64,000 bases of DNA from Candidatus Nealsonbacteria bacterium RIFOXYB1_FULL_40_15 (GCA_001821555.1 MHMM01000010.1:19629-83628), one strand, 5' to 3'; counted from the first letter of the stretch, positions 52,059 through 60,640 are shown. Notes: generated by a model from the sequence alone, not told the origin. Numbers and translations are program-made.

Positions 52059-54274
52059 GCCGGAAAATATATCTTGCCTGCATTTTTATAGTCTTAGCCC
52101 TGCCCCTTCTTTCTTCGCCCTTGCTTTTTTATCCTCCGGCATGGGGAAAGACAATTATTTTTAAAATAGTAATGAGCATAGTGTTTTTCTTTTTCTTAAA
52201 AGATATAATCTCTGGCAAAATATCATATAAAGAAAAAATTAAAGAGCTTTTAGATAAAAAAAGCCGCGTTTTCCTGCCTTTTTGGATTTTAGCGGTATTT
52301 CTCTGCATAAATGCTATTTCTCTTATTTTTTCAAAAGATCTTTATTTCAGCTTCTTTGGATCCCCCTTAAGGGCGGGCGGATTTTTAAATTTAGTTTTTT
52401 ATTTCTTTTTTTCTATATTTATTTTTTTATTTTTAAAACAAAAAGAATGGGAAAAAGTTTGGAAGTTCTCCTTTGTCGTAGGACTCCTCGTATCTCTTTT
52501 TGCTTTAATCCAGCAGTTTAGGATATTCGGAGACAAAATAATTCCATATCCCATAAGGCCTCCTTCTACTTTGGGCTCTCCCGTATTCTTAGCCCTCTAT
52601 CTGGCAATACTTTCCTTTCTTTGTCTGGCTTTCGCAATAAAAGAAGAAAAGAAAAGTTCAAGAATATTTTATTTCGCCTGTTTTCTAATCTATATGCTTG
52701 TTATATTCCTAACCGGAACAAGAGCCGCCTATTTTGGAATTTTTGCGGGATTGATATACTTTTTGTTTTTTTATCCCAAAAAACATCCCTGGCCGAAGAT
52801 TGCGGCCGGATCTATTTTGGTTTTTGCTGTGGTCTTGATTTATCTCTTCAATGTTTTTTCTGGATTCGGTTTTATCAAAGAAAACCCGACTCTTTTTTCT
52901 CTTTCTGAAAGATTTACCGCCAGGCTTTTTACGACTGATCCCAGGCCAGCAGGCTGGAGTATTCTTCTTAACGCTGTAAAGGAAAGGCCCTTTTTCGGCT
53001 GGGGACTAGAAAATATATCTGTCGCCTTTGACAAATACTATGATTCTGGGCTTCCCAATATCCACAAAGAAGGAGGGGCTTGGTGGGACAGATCGCATAA
53101 CATTTTTCTTGATATTGCGGTTTCAACCGGAATCCCCGCTTTGATAATTTATCTTTCTCTTCTGGGAATTATTTTCTATAGACTAAGGCATGATAAATCT
53201 CTTTATGCCCATGGGATAAAAACATCTTTTATCGCCTATCTTGCAACGGCTTTTTTCAGCTTTGACACATTTTCAACTTATCTTATCTTTTTCGTCCTTA
53301 TTGCTTTTTCTCTAAATATCTTGTCAAGCCAAAAAGAGCCCGCAAAAGAAAAAATCCTCTTAGGATACTTAAGCTGGCCAAAATATGCTTTAATTGCATT
53401 ATTATTTCTGCTAATTTTTATTTTTGCATACCAATTTAATATAAAGCCCCTTTTTTTGAACAGGGAAATAAATATAGCAGTTAAAAATAATTGCGAAGAA
53501 GCTGTCCAAAAAATGGATTCTGTTTTTTATAAAAAAGGATTTATACAACAATATGCAGGCCTTGAATATGTAGATATGCTGGCAAAATGCATAAAGAATA
53601 ATCCTAAAAAAGAAGAAGAGCTTTCTAGAAAAGCAGTCTCTGTTTTGGATGACATTGTTAGAATAAGACCCGAAAATACCAGGGGGTGGCTTTTGTCCGC
53701 AGAATATTCAAATATCCTTATTCAATTTTCAGAGAACAAAAATGAGCTTCTAGAAAAATCTTATTCTAGTTTAGAAAAAGCCCAAGAATTAAGCCCAAAA
53801 AGAAAGGAAATTATCATAGAATGGATAAATTGGATTAGATCGGCTATTGCTTTGGGAGATTACAACAAAGCCATAGAAAAAACAGATGAATTAATATCCA
53901 AAACAAATATCCCTGATTTCTGGTGGGAAAAAGGAATCGCGAATATTTATTCGGGAAATATAGAGGAAGGGAAAGAAAATATCAGGACAGCCGGAGAAAA
54001 CGGATACTCCATAGAAAGCCCGGATTCCCTAAAGAGGATCTTAAACGCTTATGCCAGTATTCCTAAGAGTCCTGAAATATATGGACAGCTTAAAGAAATT
54101 TATAAGAATCTAATTGTTTTTGAACCGGATAACTTTCAATATCATGCTTCTCTTGCATTTGTCTATAAGGAATTGAAAGAATATAATAAAGCAAGAGAAG
54201 AAGCTAATATAGTTTTGAGGATTTCTCCGGAATCCGAAGAGAATATAAGAAAGTTTTTGAACAGCTTAAAATAA
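52055..54274 (+). CDS. Second O-antigen ligase/Wzy_C + TPR protein (tandem paralog)
   Basis: 739 aa, colinear with the previous gene (FLTGTRAAYFGIFAG, GWGLENISVAFDKYYD, identical FSFDTFSTYLIFF). ATGA overlap at 52055. Confidence 0.75.
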   Translation: MSRKIYLACIFIVLALPLLSSPLLFYPPAWGKTIIFKIVMSIVFFFFLKDIISGKISYKEKIKELLDKKSRVFLPFWILAVFLCINAISLIFSKDLYFSFFGSPLRAGGFLNLVFYFFFSIFIFLFLKQKEWEKVWKFSFVVGLLVSLFALIQQFRIFGDKIIPYPIRPPSTLGSPVFLALYLAILSFLCLAFAIKEEKKSSRIFYFACFLIYMLVIFLTGTRAAYFGIFAGLIYFLFFYPKKHPWPKIAAGSILVFAVVLIYLFNVFSGFGFIKENPTLFSLSERFTARLFTTDPRPAGWSILLNAVKERPFFGWGLENISVAFDKYYDSGLPNIHKEGGAWWDRSHNIFLDIAVSTGIPALIIYLSLLGIIFYRLRHDKSLYAHGIKTSFIAYLATAFFSFDTFSTYLIFFVLIAFSLNILSSQKEPAKEKILLGYLSWPKYALIALLFLLIFIFAYQFNIKPLFLNREINIAVKNNCEEAVQKMDSVFYKKGFIQQYAGLEYVDMLAKCIKNNPKKEEELSRKAVSVLDDIVRIRPENTRGWLLSAEYSNILIQFSENKNELLEKSYSSLEKAQELSPKRKEIIIEWINWIRSAIALGDYNKAIEKTDELISKTNIPDFWWEKGIANIYSGNIEEGKENIRTAGENGYSIESPDSLKRILNAYASIPKSPEIYGQLKEIYKNLIVFEPDNFQYHASLAFVYKELKEYNKAREEANIVLRISPESEENIRKFLNSLK

Positions 54275-54287
54275 AATCAACATCAAC

Positions 54288-54317
54288 AAAAGAGCCCCCG
54301 CAAGGGGGCTCTTTTTA
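54288..54317. terminator. Bidirectional rho-independent terminator between convergent genes
   Basis: AGAGCCCCC-GCAA-GGGGGCTCT (54291..54312), flanked by an A run on the 5' side and a T run on the 3' side. Confidence 0.8.
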
Positions 54318-54370
54318 TTCTCTTCAAACTTCCACCCCGAACCAGAACAAGTTCGGTACGGGGCAAGCAA

Positions 54371-54402
54371 GAGAAAACGTCCCCAATAATGAGGACGCTT
54401 TC
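54371..54402 (-). terminator. Terminator-like hairpin in the 3' UTR of the surface-protein gene
   Basis: Minus strand: GAAAGCGTCC-TCATTATTGG-GGACGTTTTC followed by TCTT. Confidence 0.45.
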
Positions 54403-54453
54403 TGCTATCCCTCGCTCCGTCTCCACAAGTGACGTGAGGGTTCAGTTCAAGAA

Positions 54454-57400
54454 TTAGTTGCTGTGAGTTACTGCCCAGATATCTCCGCGGAAGATTATAG
54501 CACCTTCGGCGTAGTCTCCAGATCCATCAATTCCGAATTGGCAGTTGTTGTTAGCAGCATCGTCCAGCCAGAGTTGGATAGAATTGTTTCCAGTGGTTCC
54601 TTCGGCTTCAAAGTCTGAAAGATCGCCGTAGATGTACATCTTCTTTGTCTGGCCCGCAGGAACAGTGAATGTGTTGTTATTGAAGGCAAAGGTAACGCTG
54701 CTGCCTGCCGCCAAAGAAGCGTCTGCTACTTCGGTAGTGGCATAAGTCGTTCCTGCTTCATCCTTCAAATACCAATTACCTGCTGTTCCATTCGTATCAT
54801 ACGGGCTGGCTTCGATATTGACAATCACCTGATGAGAAGAGTTAAACGTAACATCCTCTGCAGAAGCTGCTGTCACATCAAATACGGCCAAGAGATAGGT
54901 TGAGCTTGGAGCAGATATTGTTCCAGAAGGTTGTACTGATGCAAGCGAGAAGTAAGGTCTTGTCTCATATAATTGATGAGAAAGGCCTGCAATGCCCACA
55001 TCGGTTGAGGATATTGACTGTTGTGAAGATAATCCCGTCAAACCCACGTATCCTGCTGTAGAAATGCTGGCTCCTACTGTAGTGTCGGACGTTGTTATAG
55101 ATCCGTCTACATTCTTCATCTTGGCCTTAAGAGTAATCTTTGCATATCCATTTGCAGGAATTGTAACTGTTCCGTCAGCAAAATCAACTCTCGGAGTAAG
55201 CGTAGAACCGGGCACCGATCCGACTAGCGTATCTCCATTGTAGAAGTAGTATGTATCCACATCATCGCCACCCGTTACGGTAACTCTGATATTATCAAGA
55301 TCCATATCTTCCACATTGTTGGCTGCTATTCTGAATACGTTCAGAGTAGCTGTCTGTCCGCCTAATATAATGTCGGCATTCTGAATTGAAGAATCCCTCG
55401 TGACAGTTACAACCCCATAAGAAGATACTGTAAATGACTGCTTATATGTGGTTGTTACATCTTCTTGTATAGAAGATCCTGTGTCCACTCCAGTGCTCGT
55501 CATATCTCCGTGAGCAGCTATGCTGAAGACGTGACTGCCAGATGTGTTTGCGGAAGCATCCAAATCAGCAACCAAAGCCAATCTCACAGATGTTCCCTTC
55601 GCAACTGTAATTGTCGTTGATAAAGGAAATGCCTGGGTTGTGGCTGCTGGCTGCTTGGTGTCAGAAATCTTTGTCTCATAAACATCACCTCTTGAGCTGT
55701 TTGCAGAAGTAAGATCCGCCCACAGTTCGGCATTGTTTATGTCTGCATAGTAAGTGCTATCATCATTAGTTACAGTAATGGAGGTTACGCTAATGTCTTC
55801 CCCTGAAGTTCCTGCGTCAAGAGAGAAAGTAGCCCAGACAAAATCACTTGTTCCTTTGGCTACTGCTCTTCCTGAAGGACTTGAAAGGGTTACAACATTA
55901 AGATCTCCAGCTGCAACTGTTAGCGTATTGCATGCAACATCAGAAGAGGGAGTTATTGTCGGAGAATCGTTGGTGGTCATTCCTCTTGCAGTTATAGAAC
56001 TGTCAGGAGTCTGGGCATCCACAATTATAGTATCCCCCGTAGCCGCGTCAGTTCCAACTTTAGCTCTCAAGGTATATTTGTGAATTCCTACTGGCACGAT
56101 AAACGTATCGGTAAAGGTGACGTCTCCAGACGAAGGATCGTTTGGACCTGCCACTATACTGCCGTTTTCGTCATACAGTTTGACGTTGGTTACATCAGCT
56201 GCTGTGAAAGAGGAACCAGTTAAGTCAGTAACGGTTACTGTTACTATAAATTGGGTAATCCTCATTTCCTCTCCGCGAGCTTCTATGTCCCATGCACCTA
56301 AGGTAATATCGTCTCCTACGGCTATATTTCCCGTAGCAGGACCGGTAGATGATTTGGAAACCACTAGAGTTCCCGAACCAATCGTCTGGTTAGTTCCGAG
56401 ACCGTCAGAGCTTGTCCAGCTGTTTGACGGAGTAATATAGAATCCGTAAGTGTTGCCTTTGACATTAACCAATACGTCTGTTCCGTCAATAAGGTCAATA
56501 TTCGTGGTTAAGCTGGCTCCGCCAACTACGTCCACCAATATCTTAAACCTGTGGGTTTCCCCTTTTCCGACAACTATATTCAAGTTGCTCCAGGTTACCT
56601 TGCCTTCGGCATTGTAGCTAGCTACTGTTCCAAGGCTTTTGCCGTCAGTCACATCATACAGTTCAATGTTCTTGACATCAGTCAGAGAAGCTGATCCATA
56701 TTCCATGCCCGTTATAGACTCAATGGTAATGGCTTCTGTTGATCCTGCTGATATTTTGAAGGCCGAAACCTGAACATCGTTATCTCCGATGTCAGGAGTA
56801 GAATCTGTTGTTGTTTCTTCGTATATAGTTGCTGTTCCTATATCCAAGGTTACAACTGTTTTGTTGGCCCCTGTTATCGGAAAAGCCCCTGCGACAGAAG
56901 AAGCATCAGACACTATATCTGAAGCCGAAGCTATACCCAAAGCAACTGTCTTTCCGGCTGATACGCCGTTATTTACAGCAGCTCTGATATAAAAAGTTCT
57001 TGATGTTCCTGCCGCTATTTCTAATGCAGGAGTAAAGGTTACCATTGCCCTGTTGTCAACATTCAAGCTAGCTATGTTTCCATAGTAAGCTCCGTTAGCC
57101 GCGTCAACTATTTTGATATTTTCTATATCTGAATTTGTTGAAAGGCCTGTTCTTGTAACATAGATCTTTGTAATCTTAACGGGGCCTGATCCTGCCGTCA
57201 AAATAAATTTCGTAAAGTCAGCGTTTGCTCCGACGCTTGTTCCAGAAGCAATGCTTCCTGCAACCGGAGTATCGCCTGCCAGCATCGCACTAAGTCCGCC
57301 TGCTGCCGGAGGAGGAGTCGTTCCGCAATCAGCTGGACAGCTGGTTGAAGTTTCTCCTGTTTCGCAAACTCCGTTTCCGCAAACTGGCGTAGTCGGAGTT

Positions 57401-57849
57401 GGCCCCGCAGCTAATATCTGGTTCATTTTGGCTCTGGTGTTAGGACCTACTGTCCCCAAAGAACCAGTGCCGTATTTTGCCTGGAATTTCTTAACAGCCG
57501 CTGTGGTTAAAGAACCGTAGTAGGTTGTTTCATTTCCAGGAGAGCCGGCTCCCGTAGAAGCCACTCTTGTCGTAGCATCAGAATTCAAAATAATCTGGAC
57601 GCATTTTACATCTGCGCCGGTTGAACCCTGAGCAAGATTTCTCGTTAATGAAGTTACTGTGCAGCCTGTGATAGTTCCGCCAGTTGTGCCACCCATTTGG
57701 CCAAGTTGGGCCTGCAAAGATGACAATTGATTTAACAGCTGGTTGATCTGAAGCTGAAGCTCTTCAGCTGTTAATGCTTTGGCTGGAGCCGGAACAATCA
57801 TTACGGCCGCGACCGCAAAAACTGTAAAAAGTGTAAATAATCGTTTCAT
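54454..57849 (-). CDS. Large secreted cell-surface protein: signal peptide, coiled coil, peptidoglycan-binding domain, Cys knot, then ~900 aa of divergent beta-rich T/S/A/G/V repeats (S-layer-like)
   Basis: Start at ATG 57849 (MKRLFTLFTVFAVAAVMIVPAPAKA); the track start 57879 is TTG. PG_binding_1-like GSTGADVKCVQIILN...YGSLTTAAVKKFQAKYG. VCGNGVCETGETSTSCPADCG. No further Cys until near the C-terminus. Confidence 0.75.
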   Translation of the reverse strand: MKRLFTLFTVFAVAAVMIVPAPAKALTAEELQLQINQLLNQLSSLQAQLGQMGGTTGGTITGCTVTSLTRNLAQGSTGADVKCVQIILNSDATTRVASTGAGSPGNETTYYGSLTTAAVKKFQAKYGTGSLGTVGPNTRAKMNQILAAGPTPTTPVCGNGVCETGETSTSCPADCGTTPPPAAGGLSAMLAGDTPVAGSIASGTSVGANADFTKFILTAGSGPVKITKIYVTRTGLSTNSDIENIKIVDAANGAYYGNIASLNVDNRAMVTFTPALEIAAGTSRTFYIRAAVNNGVSAGKTVALGIASASDIVSDASSVAGAFPITGANKTVVTLDIGTATIYEETTTDSTPDIGDNDVQVSAFKISAGSTEAITIESITGMEYGSASLTDVKNIELYDVTDGKSLGTVASYNAEGKVTWSNLNIVVGKGETHRFKILVDVVGGASLTTNIDLIDGTDVLVNVKGNTYGFYITPSNSWTSSDGLGTNQTIGSGTLVVSKSSTGPATGNIAVGDDITLGAWDIEARGEEMRITQFIVTVTVTDLTGSSFTAADVTNVKLYDENGSIVAGPNDPSSGDVTFTDTFIVPVGIHKYTLRAKVGTDAATGDTIIVDAQTPDSSITARGMTTNDSPTITPSSDVACNTLTVAAGDLNVVTLSSPSGRAVAKGTSDFVWATFSLDAGTSGEDISVTSITVTNDDSTYYADINNAELWADLTSANSSRGDVYETKISDTKQPAATTQAFPLSTTITVAKGTSVRLALVADLDASANTSGSHVFSIAAHGDMTSTGVDTGSSIQEDVTTTYKQSFTVSSYGVVTVTRDSSIQNADIILGGQTATLNVFRIAANNVEDMDLDNIRVTVTGGDDVDTYYFYNGDTLVGSVPGSTLTPRVDFADGTVTIPANGYAKITLKAKMKNVDGSITTSDTTVGASISTAGYVGLTGLSSQQSISSTDVGIAGLSHQLYETRPYFSLASVQPSGTISAPSSTYLLAVFDVTAASAEDVTFNSSHQVIVNIEASPYDTNGTAGNWYLKDEAGTTYATTEVADASLAAGSSVTFAFNNNTFTVPAGQTKKMYIYGDLSDFEAEGTTGNNSIQLWLDDAANNNCQFGIDGSGDYAEGAIIFRGDIWAVTHSN

Positions 57850-57978
57850 TTTATTAACCTTTAATTTTTCCTGCCTCAATCTTTAATAAGGTTGTGGCAA
57901 GAAATTTAATTTATGTTCGACCTTTGTTTGTAAATACTTAAAACCCCCGTTAGGGGAGGTTTTTCAAAAAATAATGTC

Positions 57979-58689
57979 CTACTTTCCAATTTCCAATATC
58001 TGCTCTAATGCTTTGCTGTATTCTTCTTTTTCAAAAAGTTCTTTTGCTACCGCAAGCATTTCCGATTCTTCTACTGTCAAGAAAGTCCTTTCTAGAGTCT
58101 TTATTTCTCTTTCAATCAATTCAGCTAATGCATTTTCAAGTTCTTCGGTTTCTCCCGTCTCCACCCCCAAAGATCGGACAATAGCTTCGTTCTCTGCCAG
58201 CTTCTTTATTTCTCCTGCTATTTCTTCAATGTTTCCGGCTTCTTTTATGCTTTTTGCCGCCTCTTCCGCCGAATTCTTATATTCCCTTATCGCCGGCTGG
58301 ACATCTCCATTTAAAGAAGCAATTTTTGTAAGATCGTTTAGTCTCTTGTTAACCATTTCTAAATCATGTCTTGGCTTGTCTTTTCCGGAAACTAGAACTG
58401 CCTGGCCTTTTTCAGTGATTTTTTTTAGAGGAAATAATGAATCTCCGGGAACCGAATTTTGGGCGAACCCGAATAATCCAATGAAAATGACTGCCGAAAA
58501 AACTGCCGCAAATGCCGGCTTATGATTGAATACGAATCTTTCTCCCCTTCGCAACTCTTTTATAAAGCCAATAAGGGTGAACTTGGGCTCTTCTTTGAAC
58601 AGGTTTTCTTTAGTTAAAACAACCCATTCCTGACTGGGCTTTATTTCTTTAAGCGCTCTAAGTTGCTCTATGAGATTTTTGTCGGTCAT
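57979..58689 (-). CDS. Single-pass membrane protein, putative anti-sigma factor (DUF5667-like)
   Basis: Cytoplasmic N-terminus, TM helix AFAAVFSAVIFIGLFGFA, helical E/K-rich ectodomain. Lies downstream of the ECF sigma gene. Confidence 0.45.
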   Translation of the reverse strand: MTDKNLIEQLRALKEIKPSQEWVVLTKENLFKEEPKFTLIGFIKELRRGERFVFNHKPAFAAVFSAVIFIGLFGFAQNSVPGDSLFPLKKITEKGQAVLVSGKDKPRHDLEMVNKRLNDLTKIASLNGDVQPAIREYKNSAEEAAKSIKEAGNIEEIAGEIKKLAENEAIVRSLGVETGETEELENALAELIEREIKTLERTFLTVEESEMLAVAKELFEKEEYSKALEQILEIGK

Positions 58690-58727
58690 TATACTGTTAT
58701 GACGGGAAAACTAGCTATTTGTTACAG

Positions 58728-58752
58728 TAATCCGATACTCTGTATCGGATTA
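58728..58752. repeat. Perfect 10-bp stem hairpin
   Basis: TAATCCGATA-CTCTG-TATCGGATTA. Confidence 0.7.
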
Positions 58753-58866
58753 GAATTTTGAATAAATAATTTTGCGGGACCCTGCGAGCGCGGCGGCGGG
58801 AGCACGAGGAATTTTTCAGCAGAAAAATATCCGTGTCCAGCAAAATTCGTTTATTCAAAAAATTCT
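58752..58866. repeat. 115-nt imperfect palindrome with a GC-rich core (candidate structured RNA or MITE-like element)
   Basis: The left arm AGAATTTTGAATAAATAATTTTGCGGGAC (58752..58780) pairs with the right arm GTCCAGCAAAATTCGTTTATTCAAAAAATTCT (58835..58866). I counted about 26 of 29 positions complementary by hand. The core contains GCGAGCGCGGCGGCGGGAGCACGAGG and an inner hairpin ATTTTTC-AGCA-GAAAAAT (58811..58828). Confidence 0.6.
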
Positions 58867-58880
58867 GACTATTGGATATT

Positions 58881-59396
58881 TTATGCTATTTTGACCTTAT
58901 TGTCAAGAGTATTTTTAAGGGATTTCAAAGCCCTATGGAGCTGAACCCTTACCGCCCCCTCCGATTTGCCCATCAGCTCCGCTATCTCCGGAACAGTATA
59001 TTCGTCAATATAGTGCCAAACTATAATTTCCTGGTATTCGTCTTTTAGATCAGATAGGGCCATTTTAACCATATTTAGATCCGAATTCATAAAAACAGCT
59101 TCTTCCATATTTTCGGATGAATCAACAATAGGCAAAGAATCCGAAGAAACAGTTGGTGTCCTACCCTTTTCTCTATAGTGATCAATAACTAGATTCCGCG
59201 CTATCTGATAAAGAAAAGCCGAAGGATTTTCTATTTCTTTTGAGTTTTGCTTAAAGGTCTGCCATCCCCTTAGAAATACTTCAGAGCAAATATCCTCCGC
59301 TATGTCTTTTGAATTGACTTTAAAGAAAATAAAACGATATATTCTTTCTATGTTATCGTCGTATATTTTACTGAAAATATCTTTTGCTTTACTCAT
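58881..59396 (-). CDS. ECF-type (sigma-70 family, group 4) RNA polymerase sigma factor
   Basis: Region 2: RFIFFKVNSKDIAEDICSEVFLRGW...YQIARNLVIDHYR. Region 4: YQEIIVWHYIDEYTVPEIAELMGKSEGAVRVQLHRALKSLK. Confidence 0.85.
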   Translation of the reverse strand: MSKAKDIFSKIYDDNIERIYRFIFFKVNSKDIAEDICSEVFLRGWQTFKQNSKEIENPSAFLYQIARNLVIDHYREKGRTPTVSSDSLPIVDSSENMEEAVFMNSDLNMVKMALSDLKDEYQEIIVWHYIDEYTVPEIAELMGKSEGAVRVQLHRALKSLKNTLDNKVKIA

Positions 59397-59402
59397 TTTG
59401 TT

Positions 59403-59455
59403 GGGACATTTTAATAGGACAATGTTATACTTCTGTCTGTCCTATCGTGTCCTAT
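59403..59455 (-). promoter_or_regulatory. Operator-like array of the octamer ATAGGACA overlapping a putative promoter of the sigma gene
   Basis: Plus strand: ATAGGACA (59414..59421), 16 nt, TGTCCTAT (59438..59445), CG, TGTCCTAT (59448..59455), plus a partial GGGACA at 59403..59408. A TATAAC -10 candidate (minus strand, 59429..59424) lies inside the 16-nt spacer. Confidence 0.4.
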
Positions 59456-60045
59456 CTAATCAATTCGTAAAATGTGTTATTATTTTCTCCTAATCTTTTG
59501 ACTAATTTCTTTTCAAGCAAAACATCAAAGTCTCTCCTTATGGTTCTTTTAGAAACGTTCGGCATCGCGTCTTTTATATCTTTTACCTGGATTTTCCCCT
59601 TTTCTTTCAAAATGCTAATTATCTTGTTCTTCCTTTCATCCATAAGGTCTTCTGTTATTTCTTTCTTTGGGGCTACAGGTTTTTCTTTGACAAATGACAA
59701 TTCAAGGACTTGTTTTTTGAAATAACCTTCCAGATCTTTATATTCCTCTTCAAGCTTGAGAATATCAAAATAACTGATCCAGTTCTGCCACTTAGCTAAT
59801 TTAAAATAGCTTTTTATAAGCTCAAGGTTCTTTTCTACTTCAAATATTATATCTCTTTTCTCTGAAATATTTGCGTTCAAAAGCTTTCCAGGGTTCGGCT
59901 TGTGCCCAACTTGCCATTCTATAACAGAAGAAAGAATATTATCAGCAGTTTCCCTTATTTTGTACCTTAAGGGCTCTTTTTTAGGAAACAGCAACGTCTG
60001 CTTGTACACCCTGCCGGTGAGTTCTATTATATCCTTCTCGTCCAT
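59452..60045 (-). CDS. Transcriptional regulator: N-terminal four-helix-bundle-like domain + C-terminal DeoR-type winged HTH
   Basis: C-terminal KNKIISILKEKGKIQVKDIKDAMPNVSKRTIRRDFDVLLEKKLVKRLG. Confidence 0.55.
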   Translation of the reverse strand: MDEKDIIELTGRVYKQTLLFPKKEPLRYKIRETADNILSSVIEWQVGHKPNPGKLLNANISEKRDIIFEVEKNLELIKSYFKLAKWQNWISYFDILKLEEEYKDLEGYFKKQVLELSFVKEKPVAPKKEITEDLMDERKNKIISILKEKGKIQVKDIKDAMPNVSKRTIRRDFDVLLEKKLVKRLGENNNTFYELIR

Positions 60046-60052
60046 ATTGTTG

Positions 60053-60547
60053 TTATATAGAGCTTACCGGATATCCTTCGGAAACTGCGGAGGCAATCTT
60101 TATCCCCTCTGTGATTTCCGCCAGCATTTCTGCTATATCTTCCACCTGCTCGTTTATTTCCCTTAATGCTACTAGTTCCTTTACCTTAACCTCCAATTCT
60201 TTGGTTTCTTGCGCTATTCTCCGGATCTCGCTTTCTATCCTCTTTAAATCTTCCGGCTCATCAGCTTCTTTTATCCGGATAATTTGTTTTTGAACGGGCT
60301 CGGGCTCAATTGCTTCAGGATCATTCTCCCTGTCTCCGCCAAATGCATCCATATCTATCTCTGAAAAAGTTATCTCTTCCAAATTGATTATCTTCCTATT
60401 TGCAAAAGCAAACCTGGAAATAACCGACTCAAGATTTCCCAAAAGACCCTCTCTTGTTCCATCATTTTTAATCAAATAAACAGCAGTCATTGCTATCAAT
60501 AACAAAACCAGAACGCCTGCTTTCTTGGCTAACCCTTTTAAACCCAT
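60053..60547 (-). CDS. N-terminally membrane-anchored acidic coiled-coil protein (hypothetical)
   Basis: ATG 60547 (MGLKGLAKKAGVLVLLLIAMTAVYLI) is preferred to GTG 60565. A TATAAT box lies at 60562..60557 (minus strand), 9 nt upstream. Confidence 0.45.
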   Translation of the reverse strand: MGLKGLAKKAGVLVLLLIAMTAVYLIKNDGTREGLLGNLESVISRFAFANRKIINLEEITFSEIDMDAFGGDRENDPEAIEPEPVQKQIIRIKEADEPEDLKRIESEIRRIAQETKELEVKVKELVALREINEQVEDIAEMLAEITEGIKIASAVSEGYPVSSI

Positions 60548-60606
60548 ATTATTACAATTATACACAAATAAAGAGACAGGTAAAGCTCTTGTCTGCTGTG
60601 GAAAAG

Positions 60607-60638
60607 TAAAACAAAAACGGCCCTTGAAAAGGCCGTTT
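60607..60638 (-). terminator. Rho-independent terminator
   Basis: Minus strand: AAACGGCC-TTTTCAAG-GGCCGTTT followed by TTGTTTT, immediately after the TAA at 60641. Confidence 0.7.
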
Positions 60639-60640
60639 GT

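Noticed and set aside
54992-57520. Several 60-110-aa + strand ORFs inside the surface-protein gene
   Set aside because: They are antisense artefacts favoured by the higher G+C (fewer stop codons) of this gene. The minus-strand ORF is 1131 codons long with a signal peptide and recognisable domains.
54454-57849. Horizontal transfer as the explanation for the G+C jump of the surface-protein gene
   Set aside because: The shift is adequately explained by its Ala/Gly/Thr/Val-rich amino-acid composition and probable high expression. There are no flanking mobility genes or repeats.
57974-58525. 183-aa + strand ORF overlapping the anti-sigma-like gene
   Set aside because: It is a Ser-rich antisense shadow of the E/K/A-rich minus-strand gene, which has the better context (TM topology, position after the sigma factor).
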